Made by a program: the position numbers and the translations under genes
The notes under the pieces: model-generated
Told to the model about the DNA's origin: nothing
Database searches by the model: none
What the model saw: only the letters and a program-made list of their open reading frames with translations
Shown: positions 28,475 to 38,271 of the stretch, in pieces
How the letters are laid out: the number at the start of each line of letters is the position of its first letter
Numbering within the stretch: position 1 is the first letter of the stretch
Source: a candidate division WS1 bacterium
GTDB taxonomy: Bacteria; Armatimonadota; Zipacnadia; Zipacnadales; UBA5352
DNA: 58,902 nt
Direction: 5' to 3'
Assembly (NCBI GenBank): GCA_003566775.1
Contig: PXBW01000074.1
Location: 1 to 58,902 of the forward strand

Positions 28475-29335
28475 TCAGGGGGCATCGAATCCGGCCCAGC
28501 GCAGCAGCCGAGTGGCTTCATCGCGAAGCTCCCCGGCCGCCTCTTCCGTCCCCGCTACCTCACGCAGCAGCACGGCTCCGTCGTCGCGCCGATCCGTCTG
28601 CAGCAGGGCGTAGCCGAGCTTTAACCGCGCCTGCCAGCCCCATGAGGCGTCGGGGTCGAGTTCGAGCGCCGTCTGCAGGTGCTCGATAGCGGCGGTGGGA
28701 TCGTCACCCTCGACCAGCGCAGCACCAAGCACGAAGGATGCTTTCGCGCGGGGAGCGGTTGTGTCCTCGGGTGCGTTCTCAAGCGCCCGGCGCGCCCATC
28801 GGGCGGCATCCCCATATTGTAGCGCGGCGAGGAAGCTCTCTGCGATCTCTGTCTCGATATCCGGGGCGATGTCGTCGCCCGCCTGAACTGCCAGGGCACG
28901 GGCGTGGCGGAGGGATTCGTGGGCCTGCAGTCCGGCCGCCAGCACTTCAAGGAAACCTTCCGCGGAGGCGAAGCCGCGATGTCGATGTACCTCCGTTCCG
29001 TCGGCATCCATGAAGATGATAGTTGGGAAGCTGTTCACCAGATAGCGCGTCGCAAGTTCCGTCTGTACTGCGGCATTTACCGGCGCGGCCTCGAAGTATT
29101 CGTCTATCATCGTGGCGACCGCTTCGTCGGAGAGTGTCTCCTCACGCAGACGGTCACAGGGGCCGCAGCCCGGTCCGCCAAAGTTGATCAAAAGCGTCCT
29201 TCCGGACTCCGCTGCGACCTCCTGCGCCTCCGCGAGACTTCTATGCCACGGGCCGTCAGGCTGCTGCGCCGCACAGCTACCTGCGACAAGGAGGAGAATC
29301 GCCACTGTCGAGATCATATTCTTCACCGCAATCAT
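28475..29335 (-). CDS. Exported thioredoxin-family protein with TPR repeats
   Basis: Signal peptide; CGPC; FPT cis-Pro loop; C-terminal TPR-like helices. Confidence 0.8.
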   Translation of the reverse strand: MIAVKNMISTVAILLLVAGSCAAQQPDGPWHRSLAEAQEVAAESGRTLLINFGGPGCGPCDRLREETLSDEAVATMIDEYFEAAPVNAAVQTELATRYLVNSFPTIIFMDADGTEVHRHRGFASAEGFLEVLAAGLQAHESLRHARALAVQAGDDIAPDIETEIAESFLAALQYGDAARWARRALENAPEDTTAPRAKASFVLGAALVEGDDPTAAIEHLQTALELDPDASWGWQARLKLGYALLQTDRRDDGAVLLREVAGTEEAAGELRDEATRLLRWAGFDAP

Positions 29336-29466
29336 TATGTTACTGATAACGCTGACAGGCGCCTGCTTGTTCCGTTGAATATGTCAGCGGACGGATCCGC
29401 GAAGGATTCGCCGGGTGCCATCAGGAAGAACGCGTACACGGTATCACGAGGCGGAGTGTGAAGTCG

Positions 29467-30606
29467 ATGAGCACAATCAGGCTGCTGCATACCGCGGACG
29501 TCCACCTCGACGCACCGAACCGGGCACTTGGAACGCGCGCGGCGGAGTTGCGCGAGCGCACATGGGAGGCGTGGGAGCGGATCATCGAGGAGGCGCTGGA
29601 CCGCGGCGTTCAGCTTCTGATCGTCGCGGGCGATCTCTTCGACAGTCGCTCACCGGCGGCGAAGACTGTTGAACGCGCGCTGAGCGGAATCCGCCGACTT
29701 GGGGGAGCGACACCGCCGATCCAGACGGTGCTGCTTCCGGGCACTCACGACTGCTGGGCTGAGAGTGCTCTGTGGGATTCGCCACGTATCACTGCTTTGG
29801 GAGCACACGTCCACGTGCTTGGGGGCGTCGGCGGTATATCGATAGACCTTCCTCAACTCGATCTGACGGTTCACGGCTGCGCGCATCGCTGCGACATCAG
29901 CGGTCAGCGGCCTGTCGGGGAACTGCGCGCCTCGCCCGAAGCAGCGATCAATGTGGGCGTGGCGCACGGATCATGGGAACGCGGAGACGTAGATGACAGC
30001 GGCAGCTCCTTCAGCGAGGAGGAGATCGCCGCAACTGAACTCGACTACCTTGCACTGGGCCACTGGCATTCTTTCATTGACGTGTCCGCGGGAGACGTCA
30101 GGGCGATCAACCCCGGCAGCCCGGAGGTGTCCGGCTTCGGTGATCGGAGGCGTGGCTCAGTGGCACTGGTAACTCTCGGCGATGGCCCGGCGCAGATCAA
30201 GCGCCTCGAGGTCGGCAGTCTGGTGTCCCGGACGCTGGAGATCGACGTCGCAAACCTCTCGGGCACCGAGGAACTGGTCTCGCACATCGAGCAGCAAGCT
30301 GCACCCGAGCGGCTCCTGGACGTGCGTCTCACGGGCCTTGCCGCTCCGGGGGTGATGATCGACCCCGATGAGGCGATGGAGAGATTGGGTGACTCGTGTT
30401 TCGCGCTGCGCATTCGAGACGGCTCTCATCCCGCGCTCGATCGTCTGGATGATCAGGACCTCGACGAGCGCCTCACGCTTGGCAAGTTCGCTCAACTGGC
30501 GAGGGAGCGCATCGAGACGGCAGATGACGCCGAGGAGCGGCGGATCGCCGAACGCGCGCTGCAGATCGGGGTCTCGATGCTGCGACGCAGAGGGGATCGA
30601 CAATGA
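29467..30606 (+). CDS. SbcD/Mre11-like metallophosphoesterase (YhaO-type DNA repair exonuclease)
   Basis: HTADVHL, AGDLFD, PGTHD, VAHG, ALGHWH and PGSPE motifs; alternative start GTG 29458. Confidence 0.9.
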   Translation: MSTIRLLHTADVHLDAPNRALGTRAAELRERTWEAWERIIEEALDRGVQLLIVAGDLFDSRSPAAKTVERALSGIRRLGGATPPIQTVLLPGTHDCWAESALWDSPRITALGAHVHVLGGVGGISIDLPQLDLTVHGCAHRCDISGQRPVGELRASPEAAINVGVAHGSWERGDVDDSGSSFSEEEIAATELDYLALGHWHSFIDVSAGDVRAINPGSPEVSGFGDRRRGSVALVTLGDGPAQIKRLEVGSLVSRTLEIDVANLSGTEELVSHIEQQAAPERLLDVRLTGLAAPGVMIDPDEAMERLGDSCFALRIRDGSHPALDRLDDQDLDERLTLGKFAQLARERIETADDAEERRIAERALQIGVSMLRRRGDRQ

Positions 30607-33083
30607 TGCTGAAGGAGTTTCGATTGCGGCGCTTCGGCAGATTTCACGATGACGCCTGGGAGTTCGCGCCGGGGTTGAACGTGGTGCGCGGCCCGAACGA
30701 GGCCGGCAAGTCCACCATGCGCGAGGCGATCGTGCGGCTGCTGTTATGCGAGAAGAAGGTGGACACGAGTGACAGCAGCTTTCTCGCGCTGCAGAGGTGG
30801 GGACAGGTAGAGAGCTTTGTGATCGAGGGGACCCTGGACACCCCGGACGGGTGCCACCACCTTGTTCGGGACTTCGAAGAGCGTCGGGCGGAGATGCGCT
30901 GCGAGAGTACCGGCGAGGTACTGCGCGACGAGGCGCTCATCGCCGAGAGGCTTCACGATTTGCTGGGAATCAACTCTCGGGGTATCTACGAAACCACCGC
31001 GTGCCTCGCGCAGCAGGAGTTCGCTAAGCTCGAGGAGGGCAGTCAGGTCAGCCAGCTTCTTCAGCAGACCGTGACCGGGCCGGGCACGGAGTCCGGGGCA
31101 CAGAGCGTGCTGAAGGAGTTGAACTCCGAGTTGAGCGGCATGCGCAGGGGACTGACGCGCCACGCGCAGAATCCCGGCCCGGTGCGCGCGGCGATGGACC
31201 AAATAGAGGATCTTGAGGGGGAGATCGCAGCTCTGCGGCCAACAGTCACGCGTGCCGAGAAGGCGCGGGATCGCATCGAGCGCCTCGAGGAGCGCCTTGC
31301 CGAGATCGACGCGGAACTGGAGCAGGCGAGGCGTCTGCGTGAACGCGCGGAGCAGCGCCGCGAGATCGAGGGGAAGTTGGCCGACGTGCGCGAGCGCTGT
31401 AATGAACTCGAGCGGCGCGAGCGGCAGGCGGAGCGGCTCTCCGAGGAGATCAAAGAGGTCGAGGAACGGCTTGAGGGACTTCCGGAGATCACGGAAGAGC
31501 AGGTTGAGGAACTGCGCGAGTTGGAGCGAAAACACAGGGAGGCCCGCGAACGCGCGCCCGAGCTTCGCGACCGGGCGAAGCAGCTTGCTGAAGAGGCGGA
31601 GGAGGCGGAGAAAAGGGTGCTGGAGGTTGAGAAGCAGGCACCCGATGAGGAGACTGTCCAGCACGCAAGGGACCTCTCGCGAGATGTGAGTTCACTTGAG
31701 GAAAGCGTGGATTCCCGGGAACAGGACGCAGCGGGCGCCGAGAAGGATCTGCAGTCCGCGCGACAGGCCACCTCGGAGGTGCGAAACCGGCTGGCAATTG
31801 GGGCGGTGCTGGTGATCGCCGGAGCGGGACTTGGCGTGGGACTTGGACAGGCGTGGCCGTGGCTGCTCGCGGCCATCGGGATTGTGGTCGGGATCATCGG
31901 CGCTCTGCGCGGACCACGGATGGCGCTGGATGTTGCCGAGGAGCGATATGAGGAGGCCTCAATGAGGCTCGAGGAGGCCTCCGCCGATCTCGCAATGCTG
32001 GAGGAGAAGCTGAGCAATCTGTTGCAGCACGAGGCAGCGCCGGATGTCGAAACTCTTGCGCGCAGGGCGAACGAGGCGCGGCAGGCGGTCGAGGAGGCAC
32101 GTGAAGCTCGTGCCCGCACCGCGGCACAGGCTGAGAGCGCGCTGGAAGAGGCGGAGCAGGCCGAGCAGCAGGCGGAGATTGCCGAAGCGCGGCTGAAGGG
32201 TCGGCTCAGGCAGCTTGAGGTCGAGAGCGTCGCGGAGTTCACACAGCAGGCCAGCGAGGTCTTCGAGTTGCGTAAGAAACTGGGGACACTCGAGTCGAAC
32301 CTGAATGGAGTGCTGGGTGACAGTTCGCGGGCGGAGATAGGGGACGAACTCTCCGACCTTAGCAGCCGTCGCCGTGGCCTTGAACAGCAGCTTGAAAGTG
32401 GCGAGATGGTGCACGCGGAGTTGACGGCCGAGGAGTTCGAGGAGCTTGTGACTCGGATCAACACGCTCTCTTCGGAGCGAAAGTGCATCGCCGCGCAGAT
32501 TGACGAGGAGCGTGGACCGGCTGCCCATCCCGAGGCGGATCCTGAGCGATTGCGGCGACTCGAGGAGGAGCTTGCGGTGACACAGGAGCGCCTTGCGCGG
32601 CTGAAGGAGCGTCTCGCGGCGACAGAGCTTGCGTATGAGATGCTGGAACAGGCGCACCGGGAGACACTAAGCGCGGCGATCGACGTGCTCGAACCGCGCA
32701 CGTCGGAGCTTCTTTCCGCGATCACCGGCGGGCGCTACGCGAAAGTCGACTTCGACCGCGCCAGTCTCGATCCATCCGTGCAATGTGCGGAGAAGGGTGG
32801 TGAGGTCGATCCCAACGAGGAGCTTAGTTGTGCGACGCGCGAGCAGGTCTATCTCGCGGCGCGGCTTGCGCTCACCGACCTTTTATGGCCGGAGAGCCAT
32901 CCGCCAATCATACTCGATGACCCGTTCGTGAACTTCGATGCCGAGCGACGCGATGCGTCGGTACAGATCGTGCGTCGGCTCGCCGCGGACAGTCAGGTGC
33001 TTCTCTTCACCTGCCACGAGCATTACGACGAGTTGGCCGACCATGTGATCGAACTGCCTGGACCCGGGTCGGCGAGGGCGTGA
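30603..33083 (+). CDS. SbcC/Rad50-like SMC ATPase (YhaN-type) with central transmembrane hairpin
   Basis: Walker A GPNEAGKST; long coiled coils; LSCATREQ signature; IILDDPFVNFD Walker B; FTCH switch. Confidence 0.9.
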   Translation: MMLKEFRLRRFGRFHDDAWEFAPGLNVVRGPNEAGKSTMREAIVRLLLCEKKVDTSDSSFLALQRWGQVESFVIEGTLDTPDGCHHLVRDFEERRAEMRCESTGEVLRDEALIAERLHDLLGINSRGIYETTACLAQQEFAKLEEGSQVSQLLQQTVTGPGTESGAQSVLKELNSELSGMRRGLTRHAQNPGPVRAAMDQIEDLEGEIAALRPTVTRAEKARDRIERLEERLAEIDAELEQARRLRERAEQRREIEGKLADVRERCNELERRERQAERLSEEIKEVEERLEGLPEITEEQVEELRELERKHREARERAPELRDRAKQLAEEAEEAEKRVLEVEKQAPDEETVQHARDLSRDVSSLEESVDSREQDAAGAEKDLQSARQATSEVRNRLAIGAVLVIAGAGLGVGLGQAWPWLLAAIGIVVGIIGALRGPRMALDVAEERYEEASMRLEEASADLAMLEEKLSNLLQHEAAPDVETLARRANEARQAVEEAREARARTAAQAESALEEAEQAEQQAEIAEARLKGRLRQLEVESVAEFTQQASEVFELRKKLGTLESNLNGVLGDSSRAEIGDELSDLSSRRRGLEQQLESGEMVHAELTAEEFEELVTRINTLSSERKCIAAQIDEERGPAAHPEADPERLRRLEEELAVTQERLARLKERLAATELAYEMLEQAHRETLSAAIDVLEPRTSELLSAITGGRYAKVDFDRASLDPSVQCAEKGGEVDPNEELSCATREQVYLAARLALTDLLWPESHPPIILDDPFVNFDAERRDASVQIVRRLAADSQVLLFTCHEHYDELADHVIELPGPGSARA

Positions 33084-33087
33084 GGGA

Positions 33088-33116
33088 TTGCCCGCAGACT
33101 CAGTTCATTGTATAAT
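33088..33116 (+). promoter_or_regulatory. sigma70 promoter of tRNA-Ser
   Basis: TTGCCC-N17-TATAAT immediately upstream of the tRNA. Confidence 0.7.
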
Positions 33117-33127
33117 GGAATCGCTGC

Positions 33128-33217
33128 GGAGGGGTGACCGAGTGGCTTAAGGTGACGGTCTTGAAAACCGTTGTGGTCTCACGGCCACCGGGGGTTCGAA
33201 TCCCTCCCCCTCCGCCA
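33128..33217 (+). tRNA. tRNA-Ser (anticodon UGA)
   Basis: GGAGGGG/CCCCTCC acceptor stem; ACGGT-CTTGAAA-ACCGT anticodon arm; long variable arm; GGTTCGAATCC; G discriminator and encoded CCA. Confidence 0.97.
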
Positions 33218-33704
33218 CAACTCTTCTGGAATTCAACGTCCCGGCCTGCAAAGCAATTTGGCGAACCGTCGCCGACCTACTGTCGCGGCGGGTCTTTGCA
33301 GTCGGGCTTGTAAGCGCCGGTTATTGCGGACAGATTGTCCAGCACACGTTCCCCCCGAACTCGACTGATCTGAACTGGATACTTTGCTCCAGGCTGTACG
33401 CCATTCATCGTTTCGCCGACTCGCGGCTTCTCCTGCATCGATGTCCCCGGTCTGCACCAACTCTTCGCGTACGCGACGATTCAGACCGGGTGGCCTCGCA
33501 CCTTCGTGCAGCGCGTCCCGCCCCTGTTGGGCCTCTCCCGTTTATGACATGGCTCTGCGCCCACTTGCGGAAGGTTCGAGGCGGGGGCGAGGCGAAGCTT
33601 GAGTCCGCGGCGAGTCGCGCCCAGTGCAGTGAGCGTGGCGGTACGCTACGCTCGGCCCGAATAACGTGTGCCTGAAAGCGGACATCTGACGGAGGCGATC
33701 TGAG

Positions 33705-35075
33705 ATGAGCGAACGAGCGAACGTAAGCGGCGTATTCCCGCATCTGCATGTCACCGCCGATATCGTGCCACGACGCACCGAGGCCGGGATCGGCGCGCTC
33801 ATGCCCTGGGCGGATCGCCTCTGGATGATCACCTACCCGTCGAATCCCGGATCCGGCTCCGGGACCGGACTCTACACCATTGACGCGGATCTGCGCATGA
33901 CGAAGCGCGAAGAGAGTGTAGTCGGCGTCTATGCGAACCGCTTCGTTCACTCCGCCACCGACCAGATGATCATCGGCCCGCACATCATCGATCCCGACGG
34001 CAACGTGTGCACGATCGAGGCGCTGGTCCCGCACCGCCTCACCGCCACGATGGACCACCTCTACCGCCAGAAGACGATGGTGTATTTCCTGACTATGGAG
34101 GGCCTGTTCTTTGAGTGCAACCTGGAGACCCTGGAGTGTGAGCAACTCTGGGACCTCAAGGGCGAACTCGCTCTTCCCGAGGGCATGTGGCCGCACTTCA
34201 AAGGCGCGCACACCTCGATGGAGCGTGTGGTGGTCTGCAATAACTCGTACGATGAGCGGGATTACCTGGGCAAGCACGCCGCCGGGCGCCTTGCGCAGTG
34301 GGACGGCGAGATGTGGATCACCATAGAGGAGAAGCCCTTCATGGAGGCGGCGGGGCGGCGCAACCTCGGTGAGGCAATCTTCTGCACCGGCTGGGACGAG
34401 GCATCCGCGATCCTGAAAGTGCTGGTCGACGGCCGCTGGCGCACCTGGCGGCTGCCGAAGGCCTCCCAGTGCTACGACCACGGCTGGCTGACGGAGTGGA
34501 CGCGCATCCGCGAGGTGGAGACCGAGCGATTCCTGATGGATTGCCACGGCATGTTCTACGAACTGCCGGCGCAGGTCTACGGCGGCGAGATCCTGCCGAT
34601 CAAGCCGATCTGCCAGCATCTGCGCATCATCCCGGACTTCTGCTCGTGGGCGGGGTTGCTGGTGCTGGCGGGCAATCAGAACACGCCCAACGCCGACAAC
34701 AATCCGCTCGGCGGCCAGCCGCAGGCGGGGCTGTGGATGGGCAAGACCGATGACCTGTGGAACTTCGGCAGGCCGCAGGGTTGGGGCGGACCGTGGCGGC
34801 GCAGCGCGGTGACTGCGGGCGAGCCGTCCGACCCGTTCCTGATGACCGGCTTCGAGCACAAGTGCCTGCACCTGTCGCAGGTGGGTGACGGTCCGGTGGA
34901 GTTCACAATCGAAGTGGACGTACTCGGAGACGGGACTTTCGGCGCGGCGGAGACGATCACCGTCGGCTCAGGAGAGCAGCGGTCGCACGCATTCCCGCCC
35001 GGCTTCTCCGCGCACTGGGTACGTCTCACCGCGGATCGTGACTGCAAGGCGACCGCGCAGTTTGCGTATTCGTAG
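33705..35075 (+). CDS. Conserved hypothetical protein (Trp-rich, probably beta-propeller plus beta-sandwich)
   Basis: GGAGG RBS, strong coding bias, 456 aa; no family recognised with confidence. Confidence 0.7.
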   Translation: MSERANVSGVFPHLHVTADIVPRRTEAGIGALMPWADRLWMITYPSNPGSGSGTGLYTIDADLRMTKREESVVGVYANRFVHSATDQMIIGPHIIDPDGNVCTIEALVPHRLTATMDHLYRQKTMVYFLTMEGLFFECNLETLECEQLWDLKGELALPEGMWPHFKGAHTSMERVVVCNNSYDERDYLGKHAAGRLAQWDGEMWITIEEKPFMEAAGRRNLGEAIFCTGWDEASAILKVLVDGRWRTWRLPKASQCYDHGWLTEWTRIREVETERFLMDCHGMFYELPAQVYGGEILPIKPICQHLRIIPDFCSWAGLLVLAGNQNTPNADNNPLGGQPQAGLWMGKTDDLWNFGRPQGWGGPWRRSAVTAGEPSDPFLMTGFEHKCLHLSQVGDGPVEFTIEVDVLGDGTFGAAETITVGSGEQRSHAFPPGFSAHWVRLTADRDCKATAQFAYS

Positions 35076-35240
35076 CGACGGGCCACCCAAACGCATCTGT
35101 TCCGATGACGCCTGATTCTTCGTGATTAGTGCGCGTGGATTGCTGGCTGCGTCCTCTCGTAGAGTCTCAGCGTACGTGGAGCCGGTTCCGGCCCCATTTT
35201 TCGTAGTGCAGGTCGCGCTCACACAAGCGTCTGGTGCGCG

Positions 35241-35963
35241 TCATGCCTCGTCGATCGGACCGAGTTCCTCGTCGAGGCGCTCGAAGGTCTCACGGATGTA
35301 CTCGACCCGGTGCTCGATTGCTTTCTGGGTGCTCTCCTCCCAGCTATCGGGATCGGCCTTCGACGGCTCGCCCCACGCCCCCGTCTTCGTGGTGGTGCCA
35401 TAGCCCACGTAGTCGTTCCACTCCTGGCCGAAGGGCGGGGATTGATCGGGTGATCGTCCTTTGACAAGCTTCGGTCGCAGTGCGAGCAGTGCAGAGGTCT
35501 CGCCTTTCCCGGCATGAATATCGGTGGGCATTCTGTCCCGCTCCGATAACAGCGGTCCGTCCGAGTGTATGATCCTCAGATCGGGGAAGCGGAAGTTCAG
35601 ATCGCGTATCGTCGGCTTGAGGATCCAGTTGCCTCCGTGGGTGGTGAGCACCACGATGCGCCTGATGCCGTGATGGCGTAGCGAGAGCACTATGTCCTCG
35701 ATCACCAGCGCGAGCGTGGACGGACGCAGCGTGATAGTCCCCGCCATGTCCATATGCTCCTGTGAGTTGGCGTAGGCGATTGCAGGCAGCAGATAGCAGT
35801 TGCCCAGCACCTCGGCGAGTCTCTCGCCCATATCATCCGCGCGAATCCAGTCGGTGGCGATCGGAAGATGCTCCCCGTGCTGTTCCAGCGAGCCCACGGG
35901 CAGAATCGCAATCGGCGGGTCCGCCTCGGCGATCTCCTTCGAGGTATTGTAAACCGTTACCAT
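35241..35963 (-). CDS. Creatininase / creatinine amidohydrolase family protein
   Basis: LPVGSLEQHGEHLPIATD, SQEH, HGGN and HAGKGETS motifs. Confidence 0.9.
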   Translation of the reverse strand: MVTVYNTSKEIAEADPPIAILPVGSLEQHGEHLPIATDWIRADDMGERLAEVLGNCYLLPAIAYANSQEHMDMAGTITLRPSTLALVIEDIVLSLRHHGIRRIVVLTTHGGNWILKPTIRDLNFRFPDLRIIHSDGPLLSERDRMPTDIHAGKGETSALLALRPKLVKGRSPDQSPPFGQEWNDYVGYGTTTKTGAWGEPSKADPDSWEESTQKAIEHRVEYIRETFERLDEELGPIDEA

Positions 35964-36091
35964 CGTATGGTCCCTCCCGCAAGAGTGCTGATAGTAACGG
36001 CCATTTCCACAACGAAGCCGTACATCCTTCCAGGGGTGAGACCGCTCGAGCGATTGCCGATACTGTTGGCGCCGACGTTCGAAAACGTGGC

Positions 36092-36880
36092 CTATCGTTG
36101 AGACTGACACCGGGGACAGAGGTACGTGGCGCGAGAGTTTATGCTCATGCGCTTCAATTGGGCGCCGCAGCGGGGGCACTGTTCTCCCTCGCTGCGGTAG
36201 TGCAGAAGCCAGTTATCGGGCACCTCATCCCCCTGTGTGCGCGCTCTGATCAGCACGGCAACGATTCTGCCAAGCGTATCATGAAGATCCCGGCGTTGCT
36301 CTTCGCCCAGAGTGTGGACGCTGCGCTCAGGATGTAACCTGGAACGAAACAGAATCTCATCGACCAGGATATTGCCGAGGCCTGCGATCACCTTCTGATC
36401 CATGAGAAGCGGCTTCACAGGTGCGGTCCGCCCCGAAAACACCTCGGAGAAGCACTCCCATGATATGTCACGAGCATCGGGTCCGAGCTCCTTGCGCCTC
36501 ACAAGCTCCTCGACGCTTTCCGTCAGCGTGATCCGTCCGAGCCGCCTCTGACAGAGGTATGCCAGATGCATTCCGTTCTCGAAGACAAACAGCACTCGCG
36601 TGTGCTCGGGGATATCCGTCGCTTCGCCGAAATAGGCCAGTTCACCGGTCATGCCGAAGTGGAAACAGAGCCACGGCCCATACGCGGTCTGTGCGAGCAA
36701 CCACTTGCCGTGACGGGCCGTGTCCGCCAACTCTGTCCCCACCAGCGTTTCCCGCAGGTCCTCCTGCGAGATGTCCTCCAGCACCAGGTCGTCCCTCGCC
36801 TCAACATGGGCGACTGTGCTGTGAAGCGATGTCGAGTAGAGGTATTGCCTGAACGCTTCTACATCGGGAAGCTCGGGCAT
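36092..36880 (-). CDS. Fpg/Nei family DNA glycosylase
   Basis: N-terminal PELPDV, HFGMTG, LGPD, H2TH GLGNILVDE and C-terminal CPRCG..CPRCQ zinc finger. Confidence 0.92.
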   Translation of the reverse strand: MPELPDVEAFRQYLYSTSLHSTVAHVEARDDLVLEDISQEDLRETLVGTELADTARHGKWLLAQTAYGPWLCFHFGMTGELAYFGEATDIPEHTRVLFVFENGMHLAYLCQRRLGRITLTESVEELVRRKELGPDARDISWECFSEVFSGRTAPVKPLLMDQKVIAGLGNILVDEILFRSRLHPERSVHTLGEEQRRDLHDTLGRIVAVLIRARTQGDEVPDNWLLHYRSEGEQCPRCGAQLKRMSINSRATYLCPRCQSQR

Positions 36881-36891
36881 CGACTGTTTCC

Positions 36892-37893
36892 TCAGCGTGT
36901 AACGTAACTGCAGAGTTCCAGCATTCGCGCGCCGTAGCCCCACTCGTTATCATACCAGGCGAGTATCTTGGCGGCGTTCTGCCCGAGGACCATTGTTGAT
37001 TCCGCGTCGAACAGGGCGGACCATGATGTCCCGATGATATCCGGTGAGACTATCTCATCCTCAGTGTAACCGAGCACTCCGGTGAGTTCGTCAGAGTCGG
37101 CTCTACGCTTGAATGTGTCGTTGATCTCCTCGACGCTCACCGGTTTCTCAGTCTGCACAACGAAATCGCAGATGGAGCCAAGGATCACCGGTACACGCAT
37201 CGCCATCCCGTCAATCTTGCCTTCAAGCTCAGGCAGCACAATGGTCGTCGCCTCAGCGGCGCCGGTGGTGGTCGGGATGATCGACACGAGGGCCGACCGT
37301 CCGCGTCGACGCTTACTCGCCGGGACATCGACGACAGCCTGTGTGCTGGTGACGCCGTGTACCGTGGTCAGAAAGCCGGTCTCAATGCCGAACTGCTCAT
37401 CGAGAACCTTGGCCACCGGAGCGAGGCAGTTTGTGGTGCACGAAGCGCCAGAGATGATCCGATGCTCGTCCGGATCATATTCCTCATGATTGGTTCCCAT
37501 GCAGATGGTAACGTCTGCACCCTCCGAGTTTGCGCTGATGACGACCCGGTCGGCGCCTGCCGAGAGATGCGCCTCGCAACTCTCACGATCAGTAAGCGCG
37601 CCGGTTGCCTCAAGCACAACCTCCACCCCGTACTCGTCCCAGGGCAGGTCGGCGGGATTCTCATGCTGTGAGCATGGTATCTCCTCTCCACCATAGACGA
37701 GTCCGTCTTCACCTGCCTCGACCTCAACGCCCGCGCCGGGCAGCGCTGAGTCATACTTGAGCAGGTACGCAAGGTCATCGATGGATGCGATATCGTTGAT
37801 CGCCACGACATCAACGTTGCTGTCATCCATCATCTGCCGGAATGTCAGACGTCCTATACGTCCAAAGCCGTTGATCGCCACACGAACACTCAT
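36892..37893 (-). CDS. gap: Type I glyceraldehyde-3-phosphate dehydrogenase
   Basis: INGFGRIGR, ASCTTNCL, TTTGAA and WYDNEWGY motifs. Confidence 0.93.
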   Translation of the reverse strand: MSVRVAINGFGRIGRLTFRQMMDDSNVDVVAINDIASIDDLAYLLKYDSALPGAGVEVEAGEDGLVYGGEEIPCSQHENPADLPWDEYGVEVVLEATGALTDRESCEAHLSAGADRVVISANSEGADVTICMGTNHEEYDPDEHRIISGASCTTNCLAPVAKVLDEQFGIETGFLTTVHGVTSTQAVVDVPASKRRRGRSALVSIIPTTTGAAEATTIVLPELEGKIDGMAMRVPVILGSICDFVVQTEKPVSVEEINDTFKRRADSDELTGVLGYTEDEIVSPDIIGTSWSALFDAESTMVLGQNAAKILAWYDNEWGYGARMLELCSYVTR

Positions 37894-37979
37894 CTTGCGG
37901 CCACCTTCCATGAAAGAAATGGGTTCACATTCGCTTGCGGCAGTACCCCCTTCGGGCACCGGATCCTGCGGTGCCCGGG

Positions 37980-38252
37980 CTAAATCTCGATCTTCACCGG
38001 CATCCGGTCGGCGATCGTGTTATAGAGCCAGGCGAACACGACACCTCCCGCGAAGCCATCCGCGAGTCCCCAGGCAAGTCCGATGAGGCTTCCAATGGGA
38101 GTGATTCGGTAACCGCGGTAGAGCTTACTGAAGAACGTGTCATCCTCCCCGTGATCGCCGAAGAGCATCCTCCACCATGTGAACGCCAGCACCCCGCCGC
38201 CCCAGATGAGTCCGCAGGCAGTGGCGAATGCCTTCACATTCAGTCGCATCAT
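37980..38252 (-). CDS. Small 2-TM membrane protein (family often annotated as 'bacteriophage holin')
   Basis: LNVKAFATACGLIWG...YRGY..T..GSLIG..W...DG......AWLYN pattern. Confidence 0.65.
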   Translation of the reverse strand: MMRLNVKAFATACGLIWGGGVLAFTWWRMLFGDHGEDDTFFSKLYRGYRITPIGSLIGLAWGLADGFAGGVVFAWLYNTIADRMPVKIEI

Positions 38253-38271
38253 GATCTGATCTCCTTTCCGT

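Noticed and set aside
31061-32725. 554-aa Ser/Arg-rich ORF on the minus strand
   Set aside because: Antisense shadow of the Glu/Leu-rich coiled-coil ATPase in high-GC DNA; no independent motifs or RBS.
33128-33217. tRNA-Sec, or an integrated island at the tRNA
   Set aside because: The anticodon is TGA (Ser), not TCA. No integrase and no duplicate of the tRNA 3' end were seen in the window.
33405-34871. 488-aa minus-strand ORF (and similar long overlapping ORFs at 19782, 26995, 44121, 45219, 47629, 52897, 53718 and 55061)
   Set aside because: They lie opposite well-supported genes and have the His/Val/Arg-rich composition typical of GC3-biased antisense frames.
37980-38252. Prophage suggested by a holin-like gene
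   Set aside because: No endolysin, structural, terminase or integrase genes nearby; the neighbours are cellular genes.
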